Positions 8,401 to 14,632 of a stretch of 34,558 nt of DNA are shown piece after piece. The stretch's first letter is position 1, and every line of letters starts with the position of its first letter. Below the pieces are notes generated by a model. The model was not told the origin of the DNA. It worked only from the letters and a program-made list of their open reading frames with translations, and made no database searches. The stretch is taken from positions 1-34,558 of IMG/VR virus record IMGVR_UViG_3300020716_000022, one strand, 5' to 3'. Made by a program: the position numbers and the translations under genes. The DNA is from a virus. Taxonomy: Duplodnaviria; Caudoviricetes.

Positions 8401-9714
8401 AGCAAAATTATGCCTATCTTGTTCATTATTAGGTCCTTCAACTTCCATGCAATAAGTGTTTGCCTTATTGGGTAAGATAGTTACTGAAACTACTTTACAC
8501 ATTTCTGTACTATAAGGCATTAAACTATCTCCCTCTTTTAAGTCTATAGCTTGCTTTTTAGTACCATCTCTCATTATAAATTTATGATCTGGAGTTGTAT
8601 CTACATAAGTATTATCATCTAAAGTGATTCTCACTATATCTGTATTTTCTCTGGTGATATCACACCAAGTTACTTTTCCTGGCACTAATTTATTGGTTCC
8701 CTCTTGTACTGAATATACCCATATATCTTCTTCAGGGTTATTTTTTTTACGTTCCGCTAAATCTTTTATCTTTATTTCAGTTCCATCTAATAAAGGAATC
8801 ATAGTGTCTTCCTGTATACACATATTTCTAATCCAAAACCAGAGATTAAATTCTATGTTTAAAACATCATAAAAAAGACTTCTTAATATAGTTTGTATAT
8901 TCTTATCTGCAGTAACTATTTGAAGAACATCTCCTTGAGCATTTTTAAGTGTACAATTATGAGTATATAATTTTGATCCATCTTTTGTTTCTATAGCAAA
9001 TATGTGATTATCTCCAGCATTTACTATATCATAAACAGGTTTTTTACCCACACTTTCTACTGATATTACTTTACTAGGATAAGAAATGTAATAAATAGAA
9101 TGCAATTCTCTTAATGTAAGTATACTAGAACCTGATATTAATTGATCAGTAAATATTTGATCTCCTTTATAATCAATCCATATGTGATTTGAAGTGGCTT
9201 CAATTTCAGTTCCATCATCTAAAGTAATTTTATATACTTCTTTTTCACCGTTATAGGCAACTTTATCCGCTTGAATTGGTTTAAAAGTATTATCATCATC
9301 TAACCCGTATAACCAAAAATTAGTTTCTTTGGAATCATATAATTCTTTTATAGTAACTCTTCTACCATCTAATAAAGGTATAATAGTATCTGCTCCTAAG
9401 CATTCATCAGCTATTATATCGAGTGCAGAAGCTATAATGGGATCTGTATCCATTGCTTCATAATCAGCATATATTTGAACCCTAGTGCTTTGATAATTTT
9501 GAGCTAAATTTAAGTTTACTCCGTAGCTAGTTGAAGTAGTATACACTCTGTTAAAGCGGTCTATTAGAGCATTAGTTTGTAATACACCGTCTACTTGTAT
9601 CCGTTCTACATCTACTGTTTTTAAAGTACCTCCATCATTCCTGATTATTACATCAGTAGAAAATAATCTTTTTAAACTAGTAAATAAATTTCTTTGTATT
9701 TGCTGTTCTGCCAT
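5458..9714 (-). CDS. Portal vertex protein (T4 gp20-like) containing three inteins
   Basis: Extein motifs YADYEAMDTDPIIASALDIIADE, CKYGDFFL, PYGRSYIE, LMEDAMLIHRITRAPERRVFYVNVG, NMLEDFFIPVRG, LKIPKAFL and TLAQEDVRFARTIERLQ. About 649 aa after splicing. Follows terL. Confidence 0.95.
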   Translation of the reverse strand: MAEQQIQRNLFTSLKRLFSTDVIIRNDGGTLKTVDVERIQVDGVLQTNALIDRFNRVYTTSTSYGVNLNLAQNYQSTRVQIYADYEAMDTDPIIASALDIIADECLGADTIIPLLDGRRVTIKELYDSKETNFWLYGLDDDNTFKPIQADKVAYNGEKEVYKITLDDGTEIEATSNHIWIDYKGDQIFTDQLISGSSILTLRELHSIYYISYPSKVISVESVGKKPVYDIVNAGDNHIFAIETKDGSKLYTHNCTLKNAQGDVLQIVTADKNIQTILRSLFYDVLNIEFNLWFWIRNMCIQEDTMIPLLDGTEIKIKDLAERKKNNPEEDIWVYSVQEGTNKLVPGKVTWCDITRENTDIVRITLDDNTYVDTTPDHKFIMRDGTKKQAIDLKEGDSLMPYSTEMCKVVSVTILPNKANTYCMEVEGPNNEQDRHNFAICSNNEDGTYSRNGVFVSNCKYGDFFLKLEIAEKYGIYNVIPFSAYNIVRLEGTNPDNPSEVIYKYDPTAALGATAGYSTSYQNTDLGITFYNYEMAHLRLIGDINFLPYGRSYIEASRKLYKQYVLMEDAMLIHRITRAPERRVFYVNVGAIPPGEVENYMQRMISKMKKIPLVDSTTGQYNLNYNVQNMLEDFFIPVRGNDTSTKIDTAKGLEYNGIEDINYLLNKLFASLKIPKAFLGYEKDLSGKCIAPDTKIKLLDGTIRTIKEIAEYYETDYSEPLWTYSYDFVENRVIPGKIVLAEKTRLNAQVVRVHIDNDTYIDSTPDHGFILKDGTKVEAKDLKEGDSLRTIITRNSPIKGVKSSEYQQVYQPKDKNWEFTHKMVDSYFNGVIENNGRLPDGSFSKKDLIVIHHKDFNRFNNSPQNLDRMGWENHINLHKDLSQYTIHSEESKRKSKETKQTEEYKLSASQRRKKQLENNPELKSILKNSWANKTYEERSNIVKKGYLNPERSEITSILNKKRNSHIPLLDGYKKSFPDGRYDMLGTKNINWRDRPNFSNIVETLKNNKNKILKFKDLCDILNYTPYIIREIIQENGYTVNQLLNENLGFIKGRPKDLSFDFIKNKANGSKDINSFYNEIGLTKKQLKNILNKENITLEYFLNEEIGICFNHKVVRVEWLENKTDTYNMEVYDKNENHNYLTDTQVVIKNSTLAQEDVRFARTIERLQRIVLGELTKIALVHLYAIGYTDESLTNFELDLTIPSIVYEQERVALMKEKMDLAAQMIDTNLLPTDWIYDKLFHFSEEEFDEYRGLIVEDKKRTFRLKQIEEEGNDPAETGEAYGTPHQIASMYGGYGNTNLAAADTPQGYNEIDPNEPVRLPGRPQDKVSVINTQDDPLGQDRMGAYDMKSKPNDSKPDNSLKTKYKGGSPLALKENPVPSVTQTTYLKNKKSLESLHKKISLYKEPELLNENNIKRDLSE
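6271..7653 (-). mobile_element. Portal intein 3 (461 aa) with HNH endonuclease
   Basis: LSGK|CIAPDTKIKLLDG ... STPDHGF ... VIHHKDFNRFNNSPQNL (HNH) ... HSEESKRKSKE (NUMOD3-like) ... TYNMEV...VVIKN|S. Confidence 0.92.
8344..8820 (-). mobile_element. Portal intein 2 (159-aa mini-intein)
   Basis: IRNM|CIQEDTMIPLLDG ... TTPDHKF ... TYCMEV ... VFVSN|CKYGD; no endonuclease domain. Confidence 0.92.
8956..9402 (-). mobile_element. Portal intein 1 (149-aa mini-intein)
   Basis: IADE|CLGADTIIPLLDG ... ATSNHIW ... VYDIV ... YTHN|CTLK; no endonuclease domain. Confidence 0.93.
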
Positions 9715-9729
9715 TTTATATTTTATAAA

Positions 9730-11157
9730 TTATAATAACCAAGTAATGTCTTGAAACTCATTATTTTTTGTAGGCATTAACCAGGGATTTTGTTGCATAT
9801 TAGGTTTTGTAGAATAAACTTCAAATCCGCTTGTTGTTTTATGGTAGCTATTTAAACTTGCGTAAGTTAAATCATAAGCTTTTTGTCTAAATCTTAGAGC
9901 TGTATCTCTTAAGAATAAACCCGTGAATAAAGGAATTACCAAATCATCATTATACCCTTGCATAGCCTGTGGTTTTCCATTTTTCCAAACAAATACTCTC
10001 AGCTCATCTAAAGTTCTTTGAGATTTTATAATTACGCTTTTTTCCTCTATAAAAGATCTACCTTTTTCTATAACTAAAGGCCTAGTTCTTTGATTCATAC
10101 TGAATCCAGGAGTCATTCCTTCTCCACTATCAAATTTAGTAACGTACAAATCTATTTGAGTACCTACCATTTCTGATTTAGGAGAGTAATATAAATTGTG
10201 GTATCCATTTTCTTGAACTGTAGTTACTACATCCCATCCTATACTAGCATTTTCTATTATTAACAATGCAAAATTCCATTCAGTGGCTACTGATATTAAC
10301 TTTCTAGCAAAATCTTTAGTGGGAAGTTGATCTTTATACTCTGCTACTTGTTCTAATTTTTCTATATCAAATACGTGAAAAGTAGAGAAGTCTTTTCCAT
10401 CCCCTCTAGCCACATCCGCAATAACCATATATGATTTTAAAGGATCAGGATAATCCCACAACCAGTAAACTCCTCCCACATCTCTTTTTTCTATAGGGTC
10501 TTCAATTAAAGTATCATAATATTTTAAAGTTTCTGGCTCAATTACCGTTTCTCCTGATGTAGCAAATGAACAATCACATTCTTGAGCTGCGTTTCTAGCT
10601 CCTAATTGTTGGGTTTGTTCTTCTCTCCAAGTTTGATCCCTTTCAGGATGTACTGTCCAAGGAAGAGATATAGGAGTGAATTTATTTTCTCCGTTTTGAG
10701 CTCTGGTAAATTCTTTATGAAACCAATTTCCAACACCATTAGGAGTTGAAAGAGCTATACATCTACCACCTGTTGCTAGAGTCTGTTGTGCTGCAGTAAA
10801 TATTTGTTCAACATTATCTATGAAGGCACAATTATGACTTACTATTCCATTAGAATAATACTCATTATCGAATTCCACATCTAGTAAATCATAAAGCTTT
10901 ATATTTTCCTCTATAAAATTTTTACATAATACAATTTCTTCGGTATATAGAACATCACCCTCTACTATATCTTTAGCATATAAAAAACTTTCATTTTTCA
11001 TTTTTAATTTATGATTCTCGGAACATTTTATAGAATTTCCATCCGATAAAATAAAATAATAATAAGAATCTTTATCCAAGCTTTTAATACCTGAAAAATT
11101 GCTCCACCCCAAAGGAGTTAAAACTTCCCAATTTTCTATTTTTTTAATTGTGCTCAA
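9730..11157 (-). CDS. terL: Terminase large subunit, C-terminal part, preceded by split-intein C-fragment
   Basis: TTG start. After VSHN| come CAFID, the LSTPNG coupling motif, and nuclease motifs IADVARGDGKDFS, IENASIG and GYNDDLV. Confidence 0.93.
   Translation of the reverse strand: MSTIKKIENWEVLTPLGWSNFSGIKSLDKDSYYYFILSDGNSIKCSENHKLKMKNESFLYAKDIVEGDVLYTEEIVLCKNFIEENIKLYDLLDVEFDNEYYSNGIVSHNCAFIDNVEQIFTAAQQTLATGGRCIALSTPNGVGNWFHKEFTRAQNGENKFTPISLPWTVHPERDQTWREEQTQQLGARNAAQECDCSFATSGETVIEPETLKYYDTLIEDPIEKRDVGGVYWLWDYPDPLKSYMVIADVARGDGKDFSTFHVFDIEKLEQVAEYKDQLPTKDFARKLISVATEWNFALLIIENASIGWDVVTTVQENGYHNLYYSPKSEMVGTQIDLYVTKFDSGEGMTPGFSMNQRTRPLVIEKGRSFIEEKSVIIKSQRTLDELRVFVWKNGKPQAMQGYNDDLVIPLFTGLFLRDTALRFRQKAYDLTYASLNSYHKTTSGFEVYSTKPNMQQNPWLMPTKNNEFQDITWLL
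10831..11157 (-). mobile_element. Split intein C-fragment (IntC, 109 aa)
   Basis: EVLTPLGWSNFSGI ... KCSENH (block B) ... LYDLLDVE ... YYSNGIVSHN|C. Lacks block A, which sits at the end of the upstream ORF. Confidence 0.92.
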
Positions 11158-11336
11158 TGTTAAAAAATTGTTTCATAGGTTTAATTAATTGTGGATTTTT
11201 TTCAAAATCAACTTTATGAACATTTTCTAAAAACCATTCATCTGATATTATTTTATAGGCATAACCATTATTGACTGCCCATTCCTTAGCAGCTATTTCT
11301 TTAATTTTATTTTTTTTAGAATTTATTTATATTCAT
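11144..11336 (-). pseudogene. Deleted/frameshifted remnant of a free-standing endonuclease (TnsA-N/T4 gp4-like PD-(D/E)xK C-terminus) between the split-intein halves
   Basis: A frame with no upstream ATG reads INSKKNKIKEIAAKEWAVNNGYAYKIISDEWFLENVHKVDFEKNPQLIKPMKQFFNIEHN*, with its stop at 11144-11146 just inside the IntC ORF start. An out-of-frame ATG at 11336 (MNINKF*) overlaps the IntN end. Confidence 0.65.
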
Positions 11337-11910
11337 TATTATTAATTAAATCTTCTATAGCAACTTCTTTTATCTCTCCTGTTGATTTATTTCTTACTTT
11401 AATTTTAGTATCTCCTGAAACACATTCGTCCATTACAAGCAAAGATACTGCTTCTGAACGAGCTGAATCCGTTGCTGCTGATACTGCCTTTATTTGAGAA
11501 CCATTTTTTAGTCTTAAACTAAGTCTGTTATGTTCTATAACAGGTAGTTTCATCCATCCAGGTAAATTATCATAAGCAAATCTTACTTTAGTTACCATGT
11601 TTTTAGCAGTAGCCTGTGTTGTAGCTAATACAAGTATGTTTTTATCTTGTTCAAATAGCATCATCCATAAGGAAAATGCTGATACTAAAGTAGAAATACC
11701 TAACTGCCTAGACTTGTTTATTATGTTGTAATCAAATCTTTGAAATATATGTAGTACTTTTTCTTGAAAAGGGTATAAATTAAAAGACATTCTCCCTTTA
11801 GTTGGGTGTTGAATAGTATAATACTTCTTCATCCAATAAACAGGATCTGATTTACACCTAAGTAACTCTTCTTTTATTTTTTCACTTATATTTGGTGCAC
11901 TATTAGTCAT
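11323..11910 (-). CDS. terL: Terminase large subunit, N-terminal ATPase part, ending in split-intein N-fragment
   Basis: Adenine-binding LYPFQ, Walker A region KSRQLGIST, Walker B LLVMDE followed by |CVSGDTKIKV...stop. Confidence 0.93.
   Translation of the reverse strand: MTNSAPNISEKIKEELLRCKSDPVYWMKKYYTIQHPTKGRMSFNLYPFQEKVLHIFQRFDYNIINKSRQLGISTLVSAFSLWMMLFEQDKNILVLATTQATAKNMVTKVRFAYDNLPGWMKLPVIEHNRLSLRLKNGSQIKAVSAATDSARSEAVSLLVMDECVSGDTKIKVRNKSTGEIKEVAIEDLINNNEYK
11326..11424 (-). mobile_element. Split intein N-fragment (IntN, 33 aa)
   Basis: CVSGDTKIKVRNKSTGEIKEVAIEDLINNNEYK*: intein block A plus the following 'IEDL' element, then a stop. Confidence 0.92.
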
Positions 11911-11914
11911 GTAC

Positions 11915-12178
11915 TTAATTATCTTTCTCTTGTTTATTAGGATTTATTCCTAATTTTACTCTAAGTGTTTTAATCTGTTGAGGAATATCTCCAATTTGTT
12001 TTTTATAATCCTCTATAGATAAAATACCTGCTTTATATTGCATAAGTAATTTATTTTTTTGGAATATTAAATTATCTAAATATTGTATTTTTTTATCTAA
12101 TGATTCTTTTTGAGAATCCTCTTCTAAATCCTCATAAACAAAATCTTCAAACATTAAATTTTTTAAAGAATGCATCAT
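11915..12178 (-). CDS. Small hypothetical coiled-coil protein
   Basis: 87 aa, packed tightly upstream of terL; N-terminus SLKNLMFE. Confidence 0.6.
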   Translation of the reverse strand: MMHSLKNLMFEDFVYEDLEEDSQKESLDKKIQYLDNLIFQKNKLLMQYKAGILSIEDYKKQIGDIPQQIKTLRVKLGINPNKQEKDN

Positions 12179-12217
12179 ATTATATATATAAAATTATATA
12201 TTAATAAATAGTATAAA

Positions 12218-12469
12218 TTAGGATTCTAATTTTAAGGTATTTTTCTTAGAGGAAGGCTTATATTGAGATACTATAGATTGCCATTGTTGTTTATCATACT
12301 TTATACCGTTAATATAATACTCAGGAGCTTTTTTTTCTGCTGACTTATCATATGAAATAGCGGGTCCTCCTAGATTATGGAACTTTCTAATACCGTCAGA
12401 ACCTTCTAAGTAAGTTATTTTTTTACCACAAATAGTAGTAATAGTTTTTAGTACGTTTTGCTTTTTCAT
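12218..12469 (-). CDS. Small hypothetical protein with one 'H-x-x-x-GPA...YYING' beta-hairpin repeat unit
   Basis: KFHNLGGPAISY...EYYINGIKY resembles the LHRxDGPA repeat common in large viruses. Confidence 0.65.
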   Translation of the reverse strand: MKKQNVLKTITTICGKKITYLEGSDGIRKFHNLGGPAISYDKSAEKKAPEYYINGIKYDKQQWQSIVSQYKPSSKKNTLKLES

Positions 12470-12479
12470 TTATAGAAAT

Positions 12480-12553
12480 ATAAACTTTAAAATAATAATA
12501 TGTAACAATATAATAAATATTATTGATAATTACAAGATTATCTTAAAGTTTAT
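12480..12553. repeat. 74-bp imperfect palindrome enclosing a sigma70-like promoter
   Basis: 12480-12496 matches the reverse complement of 12537-12553 at 16/17 positions; inner ATAATA/TATTAT shares the same centre. Minus-strand TTGTAA (12530-35)-17 nt-TATATT (12507-12). Confidence 0.55.
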
Positions 12554-12560
12554 TTAATGA

Positions 12561-13142
12561 TTAAGAAGCAGGAGTATTTTCTTCAGATTCATCCGAAGGA
12601 AGTTCTTCTGTTCCAAAAGTAGCCTCATTACCTGCTTCTGTACCAGTTTCAGCTCCTTCAGGATTTTCTGTACCAGTTTCAATTCCTGCAGTTGAAGTTG
12701 TTGCACTTGAAGTAGCACCACTCAGATCAGGACCTCCTCCTGCATTTTGTTCTTCTCCTTCAGGTCCTTTAGTTTGTATAGGATTGCCTAAAGACAATAG
12801 ATTTGCTATTGCGTTTGTACATCTTTCTTTTTCTCCTATTGTTTGTAAATAGAAATTTTTTCCCTGTACTGTAGCTTCATATGCTTTTTCTAAGAAAGTT
12901 AAAGTAAAGAATTGATTATTATGCAATACTATTTTAAAAGTAGTAGGTTTAGGTGCTACAATGTAAATTCCAGTAATATAATCTTTAAATGCATTAGACA
13001 TTAACATTTTTAATGTCTTTTCTAAAGTAGGATATTTTTCTAAAAGATATCCAATAGGATTATCCTCAAAAGACTGAACTTTAGGTTCCATCATCTGAAC
13101 TTCATTTAATATCAATCTTCTTATTATATCCTTATTAGTCAT
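12561..13142 (-). CDS. Hypothetical protein with acidic low-complexity tail (likely start 13142, MTNKDIIRRLILNE)
   Basis: The ORF-track start at 13211 overlaps the upstream gene; the ATG at 13142 lies just after that gene's stop. Confidence 0.65.
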   Translation of the reverse strand: MTNKDIIRRLILNEVQMMEPKVQSFEDNPIGYLLEKYPTLEKTLKMLMSNAFKDYITGIYIVAPKPTTFKIVLHNNQFFTLTFLEKAYEATVQGKNFYLQTIGEKERCTNAIANLLSLGNPIQTKGPEGEEQNAGGGPDLSGATSSATTSTAGIETGTENPEGAETGTEAGNEATFGTEELPSDESEENTPAS

Positions 13143-13143
13143 A

Positions 13144-13470
13144 TTATTTTTTATATTTATTTTTATTTTCATAAACTGCATATCCGGGAGTTGGAGCTTG
13201 TTGAGGCTCACTCATTTCTGCAGATTGTTCAGCCATAAATTCTTCAACTGAATGAATATAATCAGAAGCTAGTGTTACATAAGCAGCTACCCATCCTGGT
13301 AGTTCATCCTCTGGATGAATTTGCATTTCTAGCTTAGAAGCATTTGATATCAAACTTCTTAATTCGGCTTTAGCCATACGTGCTTGATGACTTTGACCAT
13401 GATTATAGTCTATGCCTTGCATTCTTTGGCATTCATCACACTCTTTTAATACGTCTCCTAATTTAATCAT
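13144..13470 (-). CDS. Hypothetical protein (likely start 13470, MIKLGDVLKE)
   Basis: Helical core RMAKAELRSL...DELPGWVAAYVTLASDYIHSV; TATTTAT motif just upstream. Confidence 0.7.
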   Translation of the reverse strand: MIKLGDVLKECDECQRMQGIDYNHGQSHQARMAKAELRSLISNASKLEMQIHPEDELPGWVAAYVTLASDYIHSVEEFMAEQSAEMSEPQQAPTPGYAVYENKNKYKK

Positions 13471-13502
13471 TTCTATAGGTTTATATAAATAAATATACAA
13501 TA

Positions 13503-13751
13503 TTATTTCTTATTGTCAATAGGTACCCACCATATACAAACATATTCTGTAGGTTCGGTTGGGATTTTACCGTCTCCATTCCAATTTATATAATATTTTC
13601 CTTCACATAATTGGGTTTCTTTGTTCCATTTAGCACAATTAGCGCACATAGCACCTCCTTTAGGTACTTCTTTAGCAGGTTTAAACCCTTCAGGAAATTC
13701 TAATTCAGGAGATTCTTCTTCTATTTCTAATAAATTGGCTAATTTCAACAT
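13503..13751 (-). CDS. Small 4-Cys putative metal-binding protein
   Basis: CANC-x9-C...YVCIWW; N-terminus MLKLANLLE. Confidence 0.65.
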   Translation of the reverse strand: MLKLANLLEIEEESPELEFPEGFKPAKEVPKGGAMCANCAKWNKETQLCEGKYYINWNGDGKIPTEPTEYVCIWWVPIDNKK

Positions 13752-13807
13752 ATTTTTTATTTTTTGTTTTTTATATAATCTCTTATTCTAAGAAGAATTT
13801 TATATTT

Positions 13808-13966
13808 TTAATTATTATCAGAAGATTTATTCCATAATAATTTATAATGTTTTTTTTCACCATCTGATAATCTATTTAGTAATTTTTTAAAATTTTCTTC
13901 ATTACTATTTGTAGGATGTTTATCAGATGCCATTCCTTCTCTTAAAATATCTATTAATTTGATCAT
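13808..13966 (-). CDS. Small hypothetical protein (52 aa; possibly truncated by a nonsense change)
   Basis: Not in the ORF track. MIKLIDILREGMASDKHPTNSNEENFKKLLNRLSDGEKKHYKLLWNKSSDNN*; the frame continues KYKILLRIRDYIKNKK* to 13757. Confidence 0.6.
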   Translation of the reverse strand: MIKLIDILREGMASDKHPTNSNEENFKKLLNRLSDGEKKHYKLLWNKSSDNN

Positions 13967-13984
13967 ATTATATACGTATTTTTA

Positions 13985-14629
13985 TTACCAAGCCCTGCAT
14001 GACCAGTAATTTGCTTTGGTTCTAGGTCCAGGATTTTCACAATGATGTCTAGCTCTAAAACTTTTTCTATGCTTAGGACTAGATTTTTTTATTCTCATAT
14101 TAGGATCACCAAAGTTTACTTTAATTACATTTCCTTTAGCATTCTTAACATATACTGATCTTTTTTTAGGACCATCAGGAGTTAAAAAAGGTTTTCCTAG
14201 ACTTACTTTTCTACCATGATACTCTGCTTCCTCAAGCCTATTCCAATGTTCTGTAATGTATTCTTTCAAACACTCTGTACAGTATTGATCAGTTTCATCA
14301 ATAGGGACACAATTAGGTACAGTCTTTCCATCCTCTTTTTTTGTGCCTACGGGGTGATAACCTCTCCAACAAGGATTATCTTTAGAGTTTCTCAAATCCT
14401 CATTCATTATTATTTTTATTTTTATTTGAAGCTCTGCTACTAATGTTTCTATAAATTTTTTATATAGATGAGAGCCATATTCATCTTTAAGTACTTCAGC
14501 TACTTCTTTTGCAAAATCTTTATAATTTTTTCCTTCTTTAGAAACAATTCTTCTATCTTCTTCATTCAAAATAACAGATATTCCTGCTAATTTTTTCATT
14601 TTCATTATATCTTTAACTTTGTCAATCAT
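13985..14629 (-). CDS. Modular protein with PCWxGY...VPNCVP module and C-terminal DUF6321-like domain
   Basis: AEYHGRKVSLGKP...VKNAKGNVIKVNFGDPNM...RKSFRARHHC...ANYWSCRAW, recognised from T4-like aquatic phages; possible second start at 14407. Confidence 0.7.
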   Translation of the reverse strand: MIDKVKDIMKMKKLAGISVILNEEDRRIVSKEGKNYKDFAKEVAEVLKDEYGSHLYKKFIETLVAELQIKIKIIMNEDLRNSKDNPCWRGYHPVGTKKEDGKTVPNCVPIDETDQYCTECLKEYITEHWNRLEEAEYHGRKVSLGKPFLTPDGPKKRSVYVKNAKGNVIKVNFGDPNMRIKKSSPKHRKSFRARHHCENPGPRTKANYWSCRAW

Positions 14630-14632
14630 AGC

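Noticed and set aside
11158-11322. Group I intron or programmed frameshift joining the terL halves
   Set aside because: The gap is short with no evident P/Q/R/S core. Each half has proper split-intein ends and its own start and stop, and the gap reads as a nuclease remnant.
11915-12178. Small terminase subunit, suggested by position upstream of terL
   Set aside because: No recognisable TerS features; position alone is insufficient.
12636-12681. 16-bp direct repeat TTCTGTACCAGTTTCA (12636-51, 12666-81)
   Set aside because: Two copies encoding ETGTE in a low-complexity protein tail; not a CRISPR or att site.
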